This document shows, in pieces, positions 26,895 to 37,112 of a stretch of DNA of 64,000 bases. The translations under genes and the position numbers were made by a program. This DNA comes from Mustelus asterias (Eukaryota): contig NC_135813.1 in NCBI RefSeq assembly GCF_964213995.1, positions 60,140,001 through 60,204,000 of the forward strand. Reading direction: 5' to 3'. The notes under the pieces are model-generated. The model searched no databases and was not told the origin of the DNA. It saw only the letters and a list, made by a program, of their open reading frames with translations. Numbering within the stretch: the first letter of the stretch is position 1; each line of letters starts with the position of its first letter.

Positions 26895-27730
26895 TCTTTT
26901 TTTATTCATTCATGGGACATGGGCATCGCTGGCTGAACAGCATTGATGCCCATTCCTAGTTGCCCTTGAGAAGGTGGTGATGAGCTGCCTTCTTGAAACG
27001 CTGCAATCCACATGCTGTGTGTTGACCCACAATGCTATTAGGGAGGGAATTGCAGGATTTTGACCCAGCGTCTGCGAAGGAACTGTGACATATTTCCAAG
27101 TCAGGATGGTGAGTGGCTTGGAGGGAAACTTGAAGGTGGTAGTGTTCCGATGTATTTGCTGCCCTTGTCCTTCGAGATGGAAATGGTCTTGGGTTTGGAA
27201 GGTGCTGTCTAAGGATCTTTGGTGAATTGCTGCAGTGCATCTTGTAGGTAGTAAACACTGCTGCCTCTGAGCGCCAGTGTTGGAGGGAGTGGATATTTGT
27301 GGATGTGGTGCCAATCAAGGGGGCTGCTTTGTCCTGGATGGTGTCAAGCTTCTTGAGTGTTGTTGGAGCTGCACCCATCCAGGCAAGTGGGGAGTGTTCC
27401 ATCACATTCCTGACTTGTGCCTTGGAGATGGTGGACAGGTTTTGGGAGATCAGGAGGTGAGTTACCCACTGCAGTATTCCGAGCCGCTGGCCTGCTCTTG
27501 TAGCCACTGTGTTTATATGGCGAGTCCAGTTGAATTTCTGGTCAATGATAAGGACTGCTCAAGGATGCTGACAGTGGGGAATTCAGTGATGGTAACGCCA
27601 TTGAATGTCAAGAAGCGGTGGTTAAAGTGTCTCTGATTGGTGATGATCATTGCCTGGCATTTGTGTGGCGTGAATGTTACTTGCCACTTGTCAGCCCAAA
27701 CCTGGATATTGTCTAGATCTTGGTTGCACT
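26895..27730 (-). mobile_element. L2/CR1-group LINE 3' end
   Basis: QVWADKWQVTF.P.KCQAM, KAQVR.VMEHSPLAW, KKLDTIQDKAA; tail ...CCCATGAATGAATAAAAAA. Confidence 0.85.
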
Positions 27731-29366
27731 TTCCAGTTGATCTTAACATACTTCCTGGGTAATCAATTTTGTCTACCTGTTTGACCTCTTCGTTCTTCTC
27801 TGTGATTTTGTATTCTGATATGATTTTCTTTTTGCACATTTTTATACATTTTATTTCTTACAATTTATGCTCAGCCCTTTTTACTTACACTCACTAATCT
27901 GTCTAAAACAATTTGCAGTTTTTCTTCAGAGTGGACAATAAGAAGTGTCATGAGTATATTATATATTATTAAAGTTGTAATCTCCAACTAATAACCCAGG
28001 AAGCTATTTGATCTCTGGTAGAATATTTTCACAACACAAATGTTAAAGCTGTAAGATTACTGTCAGTAAAATTGAAGTGAGATGATGGGACAAATGTTTA
28101 ACGTCATGACAAAACGTAAAAATAAAGCTGATTCCCAGATGCCTCATAGTAACACGGAATAGTCCAAGAAGGAGGGTACTGGAGATATGACCAATTTTAC
28201 TTAAAGGTGTAAGATTTCGAAAAGGTGTTACAGAAGCAGAACGAGATGGAGACAAAGAAAGGGTTACGAAGGGATTTCATAAAGGTGCTAATTCAACACG
28301 GTTAGCAATGGTGGGGTAAGATAGGGAGAGATACAACCATGAAGTGATGTTAAATAGTCTGGAGAATCCATCCTTACAGTTGCGATGCAAAGTCTTTACC
28401 AGTGGATCTTTGCACTATTCTACAGAACTATCAACAATTGCAGGAATTAGAGATCCCTATATTTTGTAGCATATGTGTGGGCTAATTGGATGCAATTTTG
28501 ACTCTGCGATAATATTCGAGCGAATCGGTAACCCATTTTGAATTTTCCCTAATTTTTATTTCCATCGACTTCGCTCGCTGCCTGTTTCACTCTCTCCAGC
28601 ACTTAACTGCTCTAGTGAGCCATTCGCTACTTGCATACGTTCATGACTAAAATAGCCTTAAAAGATTTGTCTATAAATCTCATCGCCTCCTGTCAATATC
28701 ACACCTGTAGGTGCGTCTCCCCGTGTAAAGTTTATCATGTCATTTAAAAGAAGAGTTGTAGAGTTTTCAGTCCACACCCTCCACAAAGTCGTCACCAAAA
28801 CAATTGGCCTGGTAACCGGCTGGGAGTTATACCAAGTACAGCATTGTCTAATTCATATCGGTTCTGTTTCAGGCACAAGCACCAGTGTAGAAGGTCATTT
28901 GACTTTTAATTGGAGAGTGTAACCTACGGCTGCTCTGTAAGTGTGGATTCAATTCTCTCCCGCAACAAAAGCGGCGAATCAAATGCATTTGACTTTCCTC
29001 CTTTATAGAGCTGGCTCTGTGGGTCACAGCCCTTCATCCAGTTCAGCACAATGGGTTTCCGCCCTTCACCTTGTCCCGTTATATCCTTAATAGTAATCGA
29101 AGCCGATGTTATTTTGATAGTTCAGTAAATAACAAAACTAACGGTCCTTAGTAAACAGCAATTGTAATACATTCGATACTATTTAATGACAATTTTATCA
29201 ATGCCTTAGTGGTGCAGCCATTCACTTCACGGTAGATAAAAGCCAATCTGTAATAATGGAAGCTATAATGATGAATAATCTGTATCATCAATTTCTGAAA
29301 GTTCCTTGCTCTGGTCTCTGGAAGACAAACAACTTTCCTGGCAAATCGGCTGCATATTACTTAGTT

Positions 29367-29456
29367 GAGATTGTCCAATTAGGTTTTGCCATTACAGGAA
29401 GGATTTGCATACATACAGAACAGGCAGGTAACGCCTCCTTCACACTGTTGATAAAA
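29367..29456 (+). promoter_or_regulatory. V-gene promoter, cluster B
   Basis: GAGATTGTCCAATT 29367-29380; octamer ATTTGCAT 29403-29410; GGTAACGCCTC; TTGATAAAAA about 29448-29457. Confidence 0.85.
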
Positions 29457-29535
29457 AGATATCAGGAGGCAGATAATTCATTCGTTTCATCTAGATACCT
29501 GTATCGGTATTTCTGCCCTCCTGCCAGTCGCCACG

Positions 29536-29584
29536 ATGTTTGAGTGGCTCAGTGTTGCCGCCGTGCTGTTATTTTTTATGTCAG
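29536..29584 (+). CDS. Leader exon (L-part1), cluster B
   Basis: Kozak-like GCCACGATG, then MFEWLSVAAVLLFFMS and a G|GTAAAT donor. 114-nt intron to the ttctag acceptor at 29697-29698. Confidence 0.9.
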
Positions 29585-29698
29585 GTAAATAATTTGACGA
29601 AATTTCGTTCCGAGGTGTATTTGTTCTGAGTAAGACTTTTACTGCCATTTTCGGTAGTGACTGAGGTGTCTGAAGCTCTCGCCTTTGTTCTCTTCTAG

Positions 29699-30055
29699 GC
29701 TCAAACGCGGAATTTGCATTAAGCCAACCACTGTCTCTTTCCATTGTCCCGGGAGGAAATGTCGAGATAAGTTGTACATTGACCGGGGTCAACTTGGGAA
29801 ACGCAGCTATAAGCTGGTACCAGCAAAAACCTAATAATGCTCCTCGTTATGTTCTGTACCATAATACTGCTACTGTGAGCAGGGGCTCCGGTACTCCAGA
29901 TCGATTCTCCGGAAGGAGTGACTCGTCCGCCAATACGAGATACTTAACCATCAGCCGGGTACAAGCGGAGGATGAGGCCGATTACTACTGCGCAGTATGG
30001 ATTGACTCTGCCGGAGTCTATATATTCGGGAGTGGGACCAGGCTGTCGGCTCAGA
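29699..30055 (+). CDS. IGLV: Joined VJ exon, cluster B
   Basis: EISC, WYQQKP, PDRFSG and EDEADYYC run into FGSGTRL and the A|GTAAGT donor at 30055/30056. No RSS. Confidence 0.95.
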
Positions 30056-30699
30056 GTAAGTAACTTCACTTCGTGATATTATAGGAATGGTGCAAATCTA
30101 CAATTTCCTTCTCAAAACAATAAGGTGCTAAACATTGAAAATCAGGCGACACGGAATTATGAAGTAGACAGCTCATGTCCAATAATATTAAGCATAAACT
30201 TACAAGGTACTACGTGCAGCGTAACCTTGCTGGTATGATTGAAGGACTGAACGTATTCAGCTCAGTATTTTAAGCCTTTCTTAATCCAAATACTTGGTTA
30301 ATATTTACACCGTTCCCCTCTACCCTCCACGTAACATTCAACCGCCGAACCAATTTTAATGATTTATTTTCCTCTTCTCGCATCCCCCCCCCCCCACCCC
30401 CCGCCCCACCCATGGATTGAAATGATTTAATTGTTGGGTCGAAAAGGACGCATTATTTGTAGTTATTTCCTTTTTCATCTTATCGTCAAATTTGCCTTTT
30501 CTAATAGGGACTAGATAGCTAAAGATAACATGCATCAAAAAGCAACATGCGTTCATTTGGTGCCTTTCTCGATCTCAAAACTTTCAATAGGCCTTCATAT
30601 ATAGTATTTTCTTTTAAAGTGTAGTCACTGTTGTAATGCAGGGAAATGCGACAGGCAATTCGAGCACAGCAGATGCAACAAACAGCAATGTGATGACTG

Positions 30700-31515
30700 A
30701 GAAGATCATCATGTGAGGTTATCCATTTTGTCGGAAAAATAGAAAGGCAAGTTAGTTTCTAAACGACGAGAAACTCAGAGCGCTTGGCAGAGGGATGTGA
30801 GTGTCCTCATATATGATTCGCAGAAAACTAGTATGCAGATACAGCACGTAATAGGGAAGACAAATGGAATGCTGGCATTTATTGCTGAAGGAATAGAGTA
30901 TAAAAGTAGCGAAGTGTTGCTGCAACTGTACAAGTGAGACCGCACCTGGAGTATCCCCGCCCACACTTTTGATCTGCTTACTTGAAGAGGGCACAGCAAT
31001 ACTTGAGGAGGAATGTAGCTGTATTGGAGACAATTCAGAGGAGGTTCACTAGGTTGATTCCAGAGATGAGGGGTTTGTCTTGTGAAGGGAGATTGAGCAG
31101 TTTAGGCCTATATTCTTTAGAGTTTGGAAGAATGAGGGAAGATCTAAATGAGGTATATAAGATGGGGGTTGACAGGGTAGACGTAGAGAGAATGATTCCT
31201 CTTTTGGGGCAATCTAGAAGGGGAGGTGGTAGTTTTATGATAAGCGGTAGCAGATTTAAAACAGAGATGAGGAGAAACTACTCTGAAAGTGTTGTGGACC
31301 TGGAATTCGCTACCCCAGAGTGGGCTGGATGCGGAACATTGAGTAAATTTGTGGAGGAGATTGACAGATTTGGAGATGGACAGATTTTTAATTAGTAATG
31401 AGTTGAAGAGCTATGGAAAACGGGCAGGAAAGTGGAGTTGAGACCTAGATGAGATCAGCAATGGTCGTATTGAATGGCGCAGCAGGCTTGAGGGGCTGAT
31501 TGGCTACTCCGACTG
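30700..31515 (+). mobile_element. CR1 3' fragment in the cluster B J-C intron (sense)
   Basis: LETIQRRFTRLIPEMRGLS..RLSSLGLYSLE. Confidence 0.85.
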
Positions 31516-31684
31516 CAGAGTCCTTCAATCCAGAGGGATCTGGGTGTCCTCGAACAACAAGTGAATCAACAGCCCAGTTTGCACCCCTCATGATTTTGAT
31601 GTTAGTTGAAATCGATCGTTTAGATGTATAACTCAAATTCAAAATCTACCCCGTGTTTGAGTTCACAGATATGTTTAGTTCCTA

Positions 31685-31945
31685 AATTCATACAATCCCT
31701 ACAGTACAGAAAGAGGTCATTCAGTCCATCCACACCAATCCCACCAGACCCTATCCCTGAAAACCCATGTATTAACTTTGGTAATTTCCCTGACACTAAG
31801 GAGTAATTGAGCAGGGTCAATCAACCTAACCTGCTCATCTTTGGACTGTGGGAGGAAACCGAAGCAGACACGAGGAGAACATGCAGACTGTGAACCAAGG
31901 CCAGAATTGCTGTGAGGCAGCAGTGCTAACCACTGTGCCACCCAT
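31685..31945 (-). mobile_element. V-SINE (HE1-like)
   Basis: Reverse-complement head (gcagtgctaaccactgtgccacc) and CR1-type tail. Confidence 0.85.
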
Positions 31946-32872
31946 GAATTAATGAGTTAGCACAGGAATACTAGGCAAGATAATTTCATTATTGTGAAGG
32001 GGGTGAGAGAGATAGCTTGCAATAAGTAAGGTAAAATACTGCGGATGCTGGAATCTGCAATAAGCAATATATCACTGGGATGCCCGTGGCTGAATGTGAC
32101 ACTGGGGATGAAAAAATGGCCGGAACTGTGGGAAACCCCGAATAAATGTCACAGATTTAACGTAACTCCAAAATTGTATCATGTTTCATGGACAATACGT
32201 TTCCCCTTGTTTTGCCCTGGGATCAGTTTGTCAGTTTGTGGAAACATATTACAGGAACAAATCAAATCCTATGAGAACAGAGCGGGGATTTGCCCTGGGA
32301 CATTTAATTTACTTATAACACCATTGGGTTTGTAAATAAAATATTGCAAATATAACAACTATCACGGGCAATGAGGCGAATAAAAGGTAAGTTTGATAGA
32401 GGCTAGGTCATGAAATGTAAAAGTGCAGCACAACTGTAGTTCGATATTTGATTTAGAACAAAGAACAGTACAGCTCAGGAACAGGCCCTTCGGCCCTCCA
32501 AGCCTACGCCGATCACGCTGTCCTAACTAGACCAACCGCTTGTATTCCTCTATTCCCCGTTAGTTGATGTGTCTATCCAGATAAGGCTTAAATGTGGCTA
32601 ACGTAAAATATGTGACCACCTGATTCAAAGAGCTTCAGCCGATAAGAATCAATATTCGAAGCATTTCGCAACATTAACTATTGCATTTATAGAAATCACC
32701 ATTTTCAGAACGCGAGGTAAAATGGCATTGGGTATTTCAGGGTTTCAGCCGAGGTTACGGCGGAGAAAAGGGCGAGAAACCCAGCGAAAATTGTCAGCCG
32801 CTGCTTTCGTCTAGAATTGCTGTCACATCTGGTTGATTTGCTTCTCCACTTTTCAATTATTCCCCTTTACAG

Positions 32873-33201
32873 CCCGGGCGAAGTCCCGCCCCTCGGTGTC
32901 TCTTCTCCCTCCGGCGCCCGATCAAATCTCTGCCGCAAAGACGGCGACTCTGGTGTGCTTGGTGAATAATTTCTTTCCCAGTTCTGTGCAAGTTTCGTGG
33001 AGCGTCGACGACAAAGCAACGGAAACCGGCGTTCAGACAACTCAGGCCGTGGCGGACACCAACAAGATGTACAGTGTGAGCAGTTACCTGACCCTGAGCG
33101 CCGCCGAGTGGAATTCACACGAAGTGTACACCTGCGGGGTCACACATGAGTCTCTAGAGTCTGAACTTCAGAAAAGCATCAAGAGATCAGCCTGCCAGTG
33201 A
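32873..33201 (+). CDS. IGLC: Ig light-chain constant exon, cluster B
   Basis: Acceptor ccctttacag at 32871-32872. Same 329-nt length as the cluster A C exon; C1-set motifs; terminal Cys; TGA 33199-33201. Confidence 0.95.
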
Positions 33202-33337
33202 TAGAGACAATTAAAATCTGGGCATCGGAACAATTGGCAACGAACAGGATTTCAATATAGTTTTCTTTGTAATCTTAGAACTGATTTATTAAATGCGTCA
33301 CAAACGGATTCCGTATAATCGAGTTAAAATATTGTTA

Positions 33338-33343
33338 AATAAA
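33338..33343 (+). terminator. Polyadenylation signal, cluster B
   Basis: AATAAA about 137 nt after the stop. Confidence 0.6.
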
Positions 33344-34006
33344 GTCACATTTCATCAGCATGGTCAATGCGTCAATTTTTTTAAAACTAAACCAGCGTCA
33401 ATGAACATTCCACCACTAAATTCCTACAATTGCAGAAGACTGTTTGCAGTTCTAAAATTCGTGTTTAGTTAGAGGCGGTAGCATGTTCCAGACATATATT
33501 TAAATGAATATATTTATCGAAAACATATTGATAGTATATAACAGGCATCTTATAGAAATCGATTCTGCCCATCTCCCGCCTCAACCTGGGCGGAAGATCG
33601 GTGGAAGGCGGTGTGAAGTGGCGCAAGCGCTCGCTTCTCCGAAGTTTCGCCGCTCTTGGTCTACCAGCGCGTTGTCACAGATATGCAACCTCACCAAGTC
33701 CTCAGCTCACTGGCTTGGTCAGAGGAAATCTGTTAGACTGGTGCTTAGACTGATTTGTTTATTGTGGGGAAGAGCTCGGCAGAACCAGCTGAGGTCATTC
33801 CTTCACCTTTCTGATGTCGGTGTGACATGTGAAAGATATACATTGACCTTCTCCAGAAAATGGAGCCGAAAGAGAAAAAGTAATGGATGGGGTCAAATAT
33901 TAGAAAATGGACTTAGCTGGAGGAAATGGGGGAAGAGGCTAAAAGAAAGCATGGAATGAACCAAATTATACAATCTATTTTTACGGCCTGGAGAGCAATC
34001 TGATTG

Positions 34007-34318
34007 GGGTGGCATGATGGCACAGTGGTTATCACTGCTGCCTCACAGCGCCAGGGACCTGAGTTCGACTCCTGGCTTGGGTCACTGTTTGTGCGGAGTC
34101 TGCATGTTCTCCCCGTGTCTGCGTGGGTTTCCTCCGGGTGCTCCGGTTTCCTCCAAAAGTCCGAAAGATGTGCTGGTTAGGTACATTGGCCATGTTAAAT
34201 TCTCCCTCACTGTACGTGAACAGGTGCCGGAGTGTGGCGACGAGGAGATTTTCAGAGTCACTTCATTGCAGCATTAATGTAAGCCTACTTGTGACACTAA
34301 TAAATAAACGTTTAAACT
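34007..34318 (+). mobile_element. V-SINE with alternative 3' tail
   Basis: Same head and V-domain, but tail ...TAATGTAAGCCTACTTGTGACACTAATAAA. Confidence 0.85.
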
Positions 34319-35464
34319 TTACTCTAGCGCACACAGTCGCATGAGGCAGACATGCCGTTGAATTAAAAAGGTCATGAGTTCAAGTTTGGCTCCAGGGATT
34401 GAATGTAGAAGCCAGGCTGACCCATTAATGCAGTACTGAAGGGGAGCTGCACTGACGGGGATGTTGACTTTCAAATAAGATGTTAAACAATTCTGCCTTT
34501 TCCGGTAAATGGAATGGATCCAAAGGCGCCATTGAAATAACAGGGGCGTTCTCTTGGTGTCTTTCCCAATGCTGACTGTTTTTTTCGTTCGTGGGATGTG
34601 ATGATGATTAGGCCATCCCTAATTACGCCTGAGATGGTAGTGGTGAGCCGCCCTCTTCAAGCGCCACGCTTCATGCTGACACATCCTAAGTTCGGTTAGG
34701 AAGCTAGTTCTTGGATATTTGAACCTGCGACAATGTTGTAAATGTGGGAAACACCAGACACACTAACATGCCACCAAACAGCAGCGTGAATATGTAGGGA
34801 AATTGATGTTTAATGATTAGTTTCAATTTAGTTTACAGACAATCGAAGTATATCAACCCAATTTGGTTTTCTGATGGATTCTGGGACACAAGCTCATCAC
34901 ATGACTTGGTCTTAGCCTCACACTCAAAGGAAGAAGATCTAACTCTTGAAGCTACTGGTGCAAAATATCGAGGTTGAACGATCACTGGCATGGAACCATC
35001 CACCTCCCTCCAAATTAAAATTATCAGTTCAGTTCTCTAAAATTCAAAGTCCTATTGTGCAATGCAAAACAAATATTGAAACATCCAGCCTTGTGTATTA
35101 AATTAGTGCAATTTAGCTTGTGATGTTTAAGGGAAGTCATTTTATTTCCCACTATAGTCACGTTCGATTTTGTAAATTTAGTATTAAATTCTGTAATTAG
35201 ATTTTGTAACTCTGTAGGGTTTTAAGTTTTAGTATCTGTTAAGTTTTAGTATCTGTTAGTTGAATGCATCGTGTTATATTTAGCACACCAATTACTTTCA
35301 AGTATCCATATGTATTTCATATCGATTTTGTGAAATTGCTGTAACTTTTAAGTTTTAGAAAACCATCCTGCAAGTGTAATTGATTTATACCAAGTACTGA
35401 CAGATACAACGAAAGCTATTTGTCTCACAAAGACATGTTGATAAGCGTCTGTTTTAATGAAGTC

Positions 35465-35815
35465 CTATAGATCATAGAATCATAGAATCTCTACAGTACA
35501 GAAGGAGGCCATTCAGCCCATCCAGTCTGCACCGATAACAATCCCACCTAGGCCCTATCCCGGTAACCCTGCACATTTACCCTCCTAATCCCTCTAACCT
35601 ATGCATCCCGGGACACTAAGGGGCAATTCAGCATGACCAATGCACCTAACCCTCACATCTTTGGACAATGAGAGGAAACCGGAGCACCCAGAGGAAACCC
35701 ACACAGACACGGGGAGAACGTGTAGACTCCGCACAGACAGTGATCCAAGCCGGGAATCAAACCCAGGTCCCTGGTGCTGTGAGGCAATAGTGCTAACCAC
35801 TGTGCCACTGTGCTG
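35465..35815 (-). mobile_element. V-SINE (HE1-like)
   Basis: Full-length, with (TTCTATGA)n tail. Confidence 0.9.
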
Positions 35816-35944
35816 CCTAATTAGACATCCAATGAATCCATATTCCCAGACATCACATACTGTCTTATCTCTAGTAAAAATAGGCATGAAAACTATTCCA
35901 ATTTATATTCTATACATAATACTATATATACTATATTAGTATGT

Positions 35945-37112
35945 TGTAAACTTCTCCCTTAGTTTTAAGGTTATAAACAACTTTATCACTCTATCCTTTG
36001 TTTCAAAAGTAAAACAACTCATTCCAAGTAACCACAGAGAGAAGTAACAACAGCTTTCAAATAACCTGTCCCAAACTGAGAGTCACTGACAGGGGTCTGA
36101 TTTAATAGCAATTAAATGATGTTTTGAGACGATGAACTCGCAATATTAATTATGGGGGAATTACAGCATATTTCCCCCACTGTGGACAAATGGGCAAGAG
36201 AGATATCATTAAAAAATATTTTATCTTAACAAGAAATAAGTAATGTAACAGATTTTAATGGGAGGGATGGTCTCACAACCTTACCGGGCCAGTCAGGTGT
36301 CTATGGGAAAAGACATTAATACACCCTGGAGAAACCAATTAAAAACTGATTATGTCCAAGTAGACAAATCATAGATTGATCATGCATCTTTAAGCCAATT
36401 AGGGGCCTCATTTAGGCCAATCAAAATGAAACAACATCATTGATCACACTGTGGGATGTGGTTTGAAATGAGTTAATAAACAGAAGCTTTCACTGAGCAA
36501 GTTGTGCAGCAAGTGACTGCTGTCCAGAGGGAAGCAGAAGTTAGGGAGAGAGAACAGAGAACAGGAAAGAAAGTTAGTCAAGTCCGCCTGTCTTTAATAG
36601 GTATTAATCCACAATTTATTAAAGATTTCCTGAGTTACTTCACCAAACTGTCTCGTGTTGCTTACATGGTTAAAGTCTCAAAATGAAAACGATTAGAATT
36701 AAAGTTCAAATCATACAAATCGTACAAATTCAAAGATAGAAGTCTACAAGATTATGAGAGGCATGGACAGAGTGGATAGTCAGAGGCTTTTTCCCAGGGT
36801 GGAAGAGTCAATTACTAGGGGGCATAGGTTTAAGGGGCAAGTTTTAAAAGAGACGTACAAGGCAGATTTTTTACACAGACTGGTGGGTGCCTGGAACTCT
36901 TTGCCGGGGGAGGTAGTGGAAGCGGATACGGTAGTGACTTTTAAGGGGCGTCGTGACAAGTACATGAATGAGATGGGAATAGAGGGATATGGTCCCCTGA
37001 AGCGTAGAGGCAGCATGCTCGGTGCAGGCTTGGAGGGCCGAATGGCCTGTTTTTGTGCTGTAATTTTCTTTGTTCATACCTAGAACTTACAGTGACAACT
37101 TACAAAACAACA
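35945..37112 (+). mobile_element. Probable solo LTR (TSD ATGT) with a nested CR1 3' fragment (about 36738-37076)
   Basis: ATGT|TGTAAAC ... AAACAACA|ATGT; clustered CCAAT boxes 36334-36421; ATTAAA 36618. Confidence 0.65.

Larger units (their letters stand above)
29536..33201 (+). other. IGL: Ig light-chain cluster B (L-VJ-C), germline-joined, lambda/type II-like, apparently intact
   Basis: Exons of 49+357+329 nt splice in frame into MFEWLSVAAVLLFFMSGSNA-EFALSQ...YYCAVWIDSAGVYIFGSGTRLSAQ-TRAKSRPSVSLLPP...SACQ*. Confidence 0.95.

Noticed and set aside
9762-33201. T-cell receptor, heavy-chain or IgNAR identity for the Ig-domain genes
   Set aside because: A single C exon ending in Cys-x-stop with no transmembrane exon or secretory tail, an FGxG J motif, and an ATTTGCAT-orientation octamer all indicate a light chain.
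9762-33201. Processed (retroposed) copies of rearranged mRNA, or an assembly-duplicated haplotype
   Set aside because: Leader and J-C introns and promoters are retained, and the two copies are far too divergent to be alleles.
34020-34030. Many CACAGTG heptamers across the window
   Set aside because: They are part of the V-SINE tRNA-like head (GGCACAGTGGTTAGC), not recombination signals.
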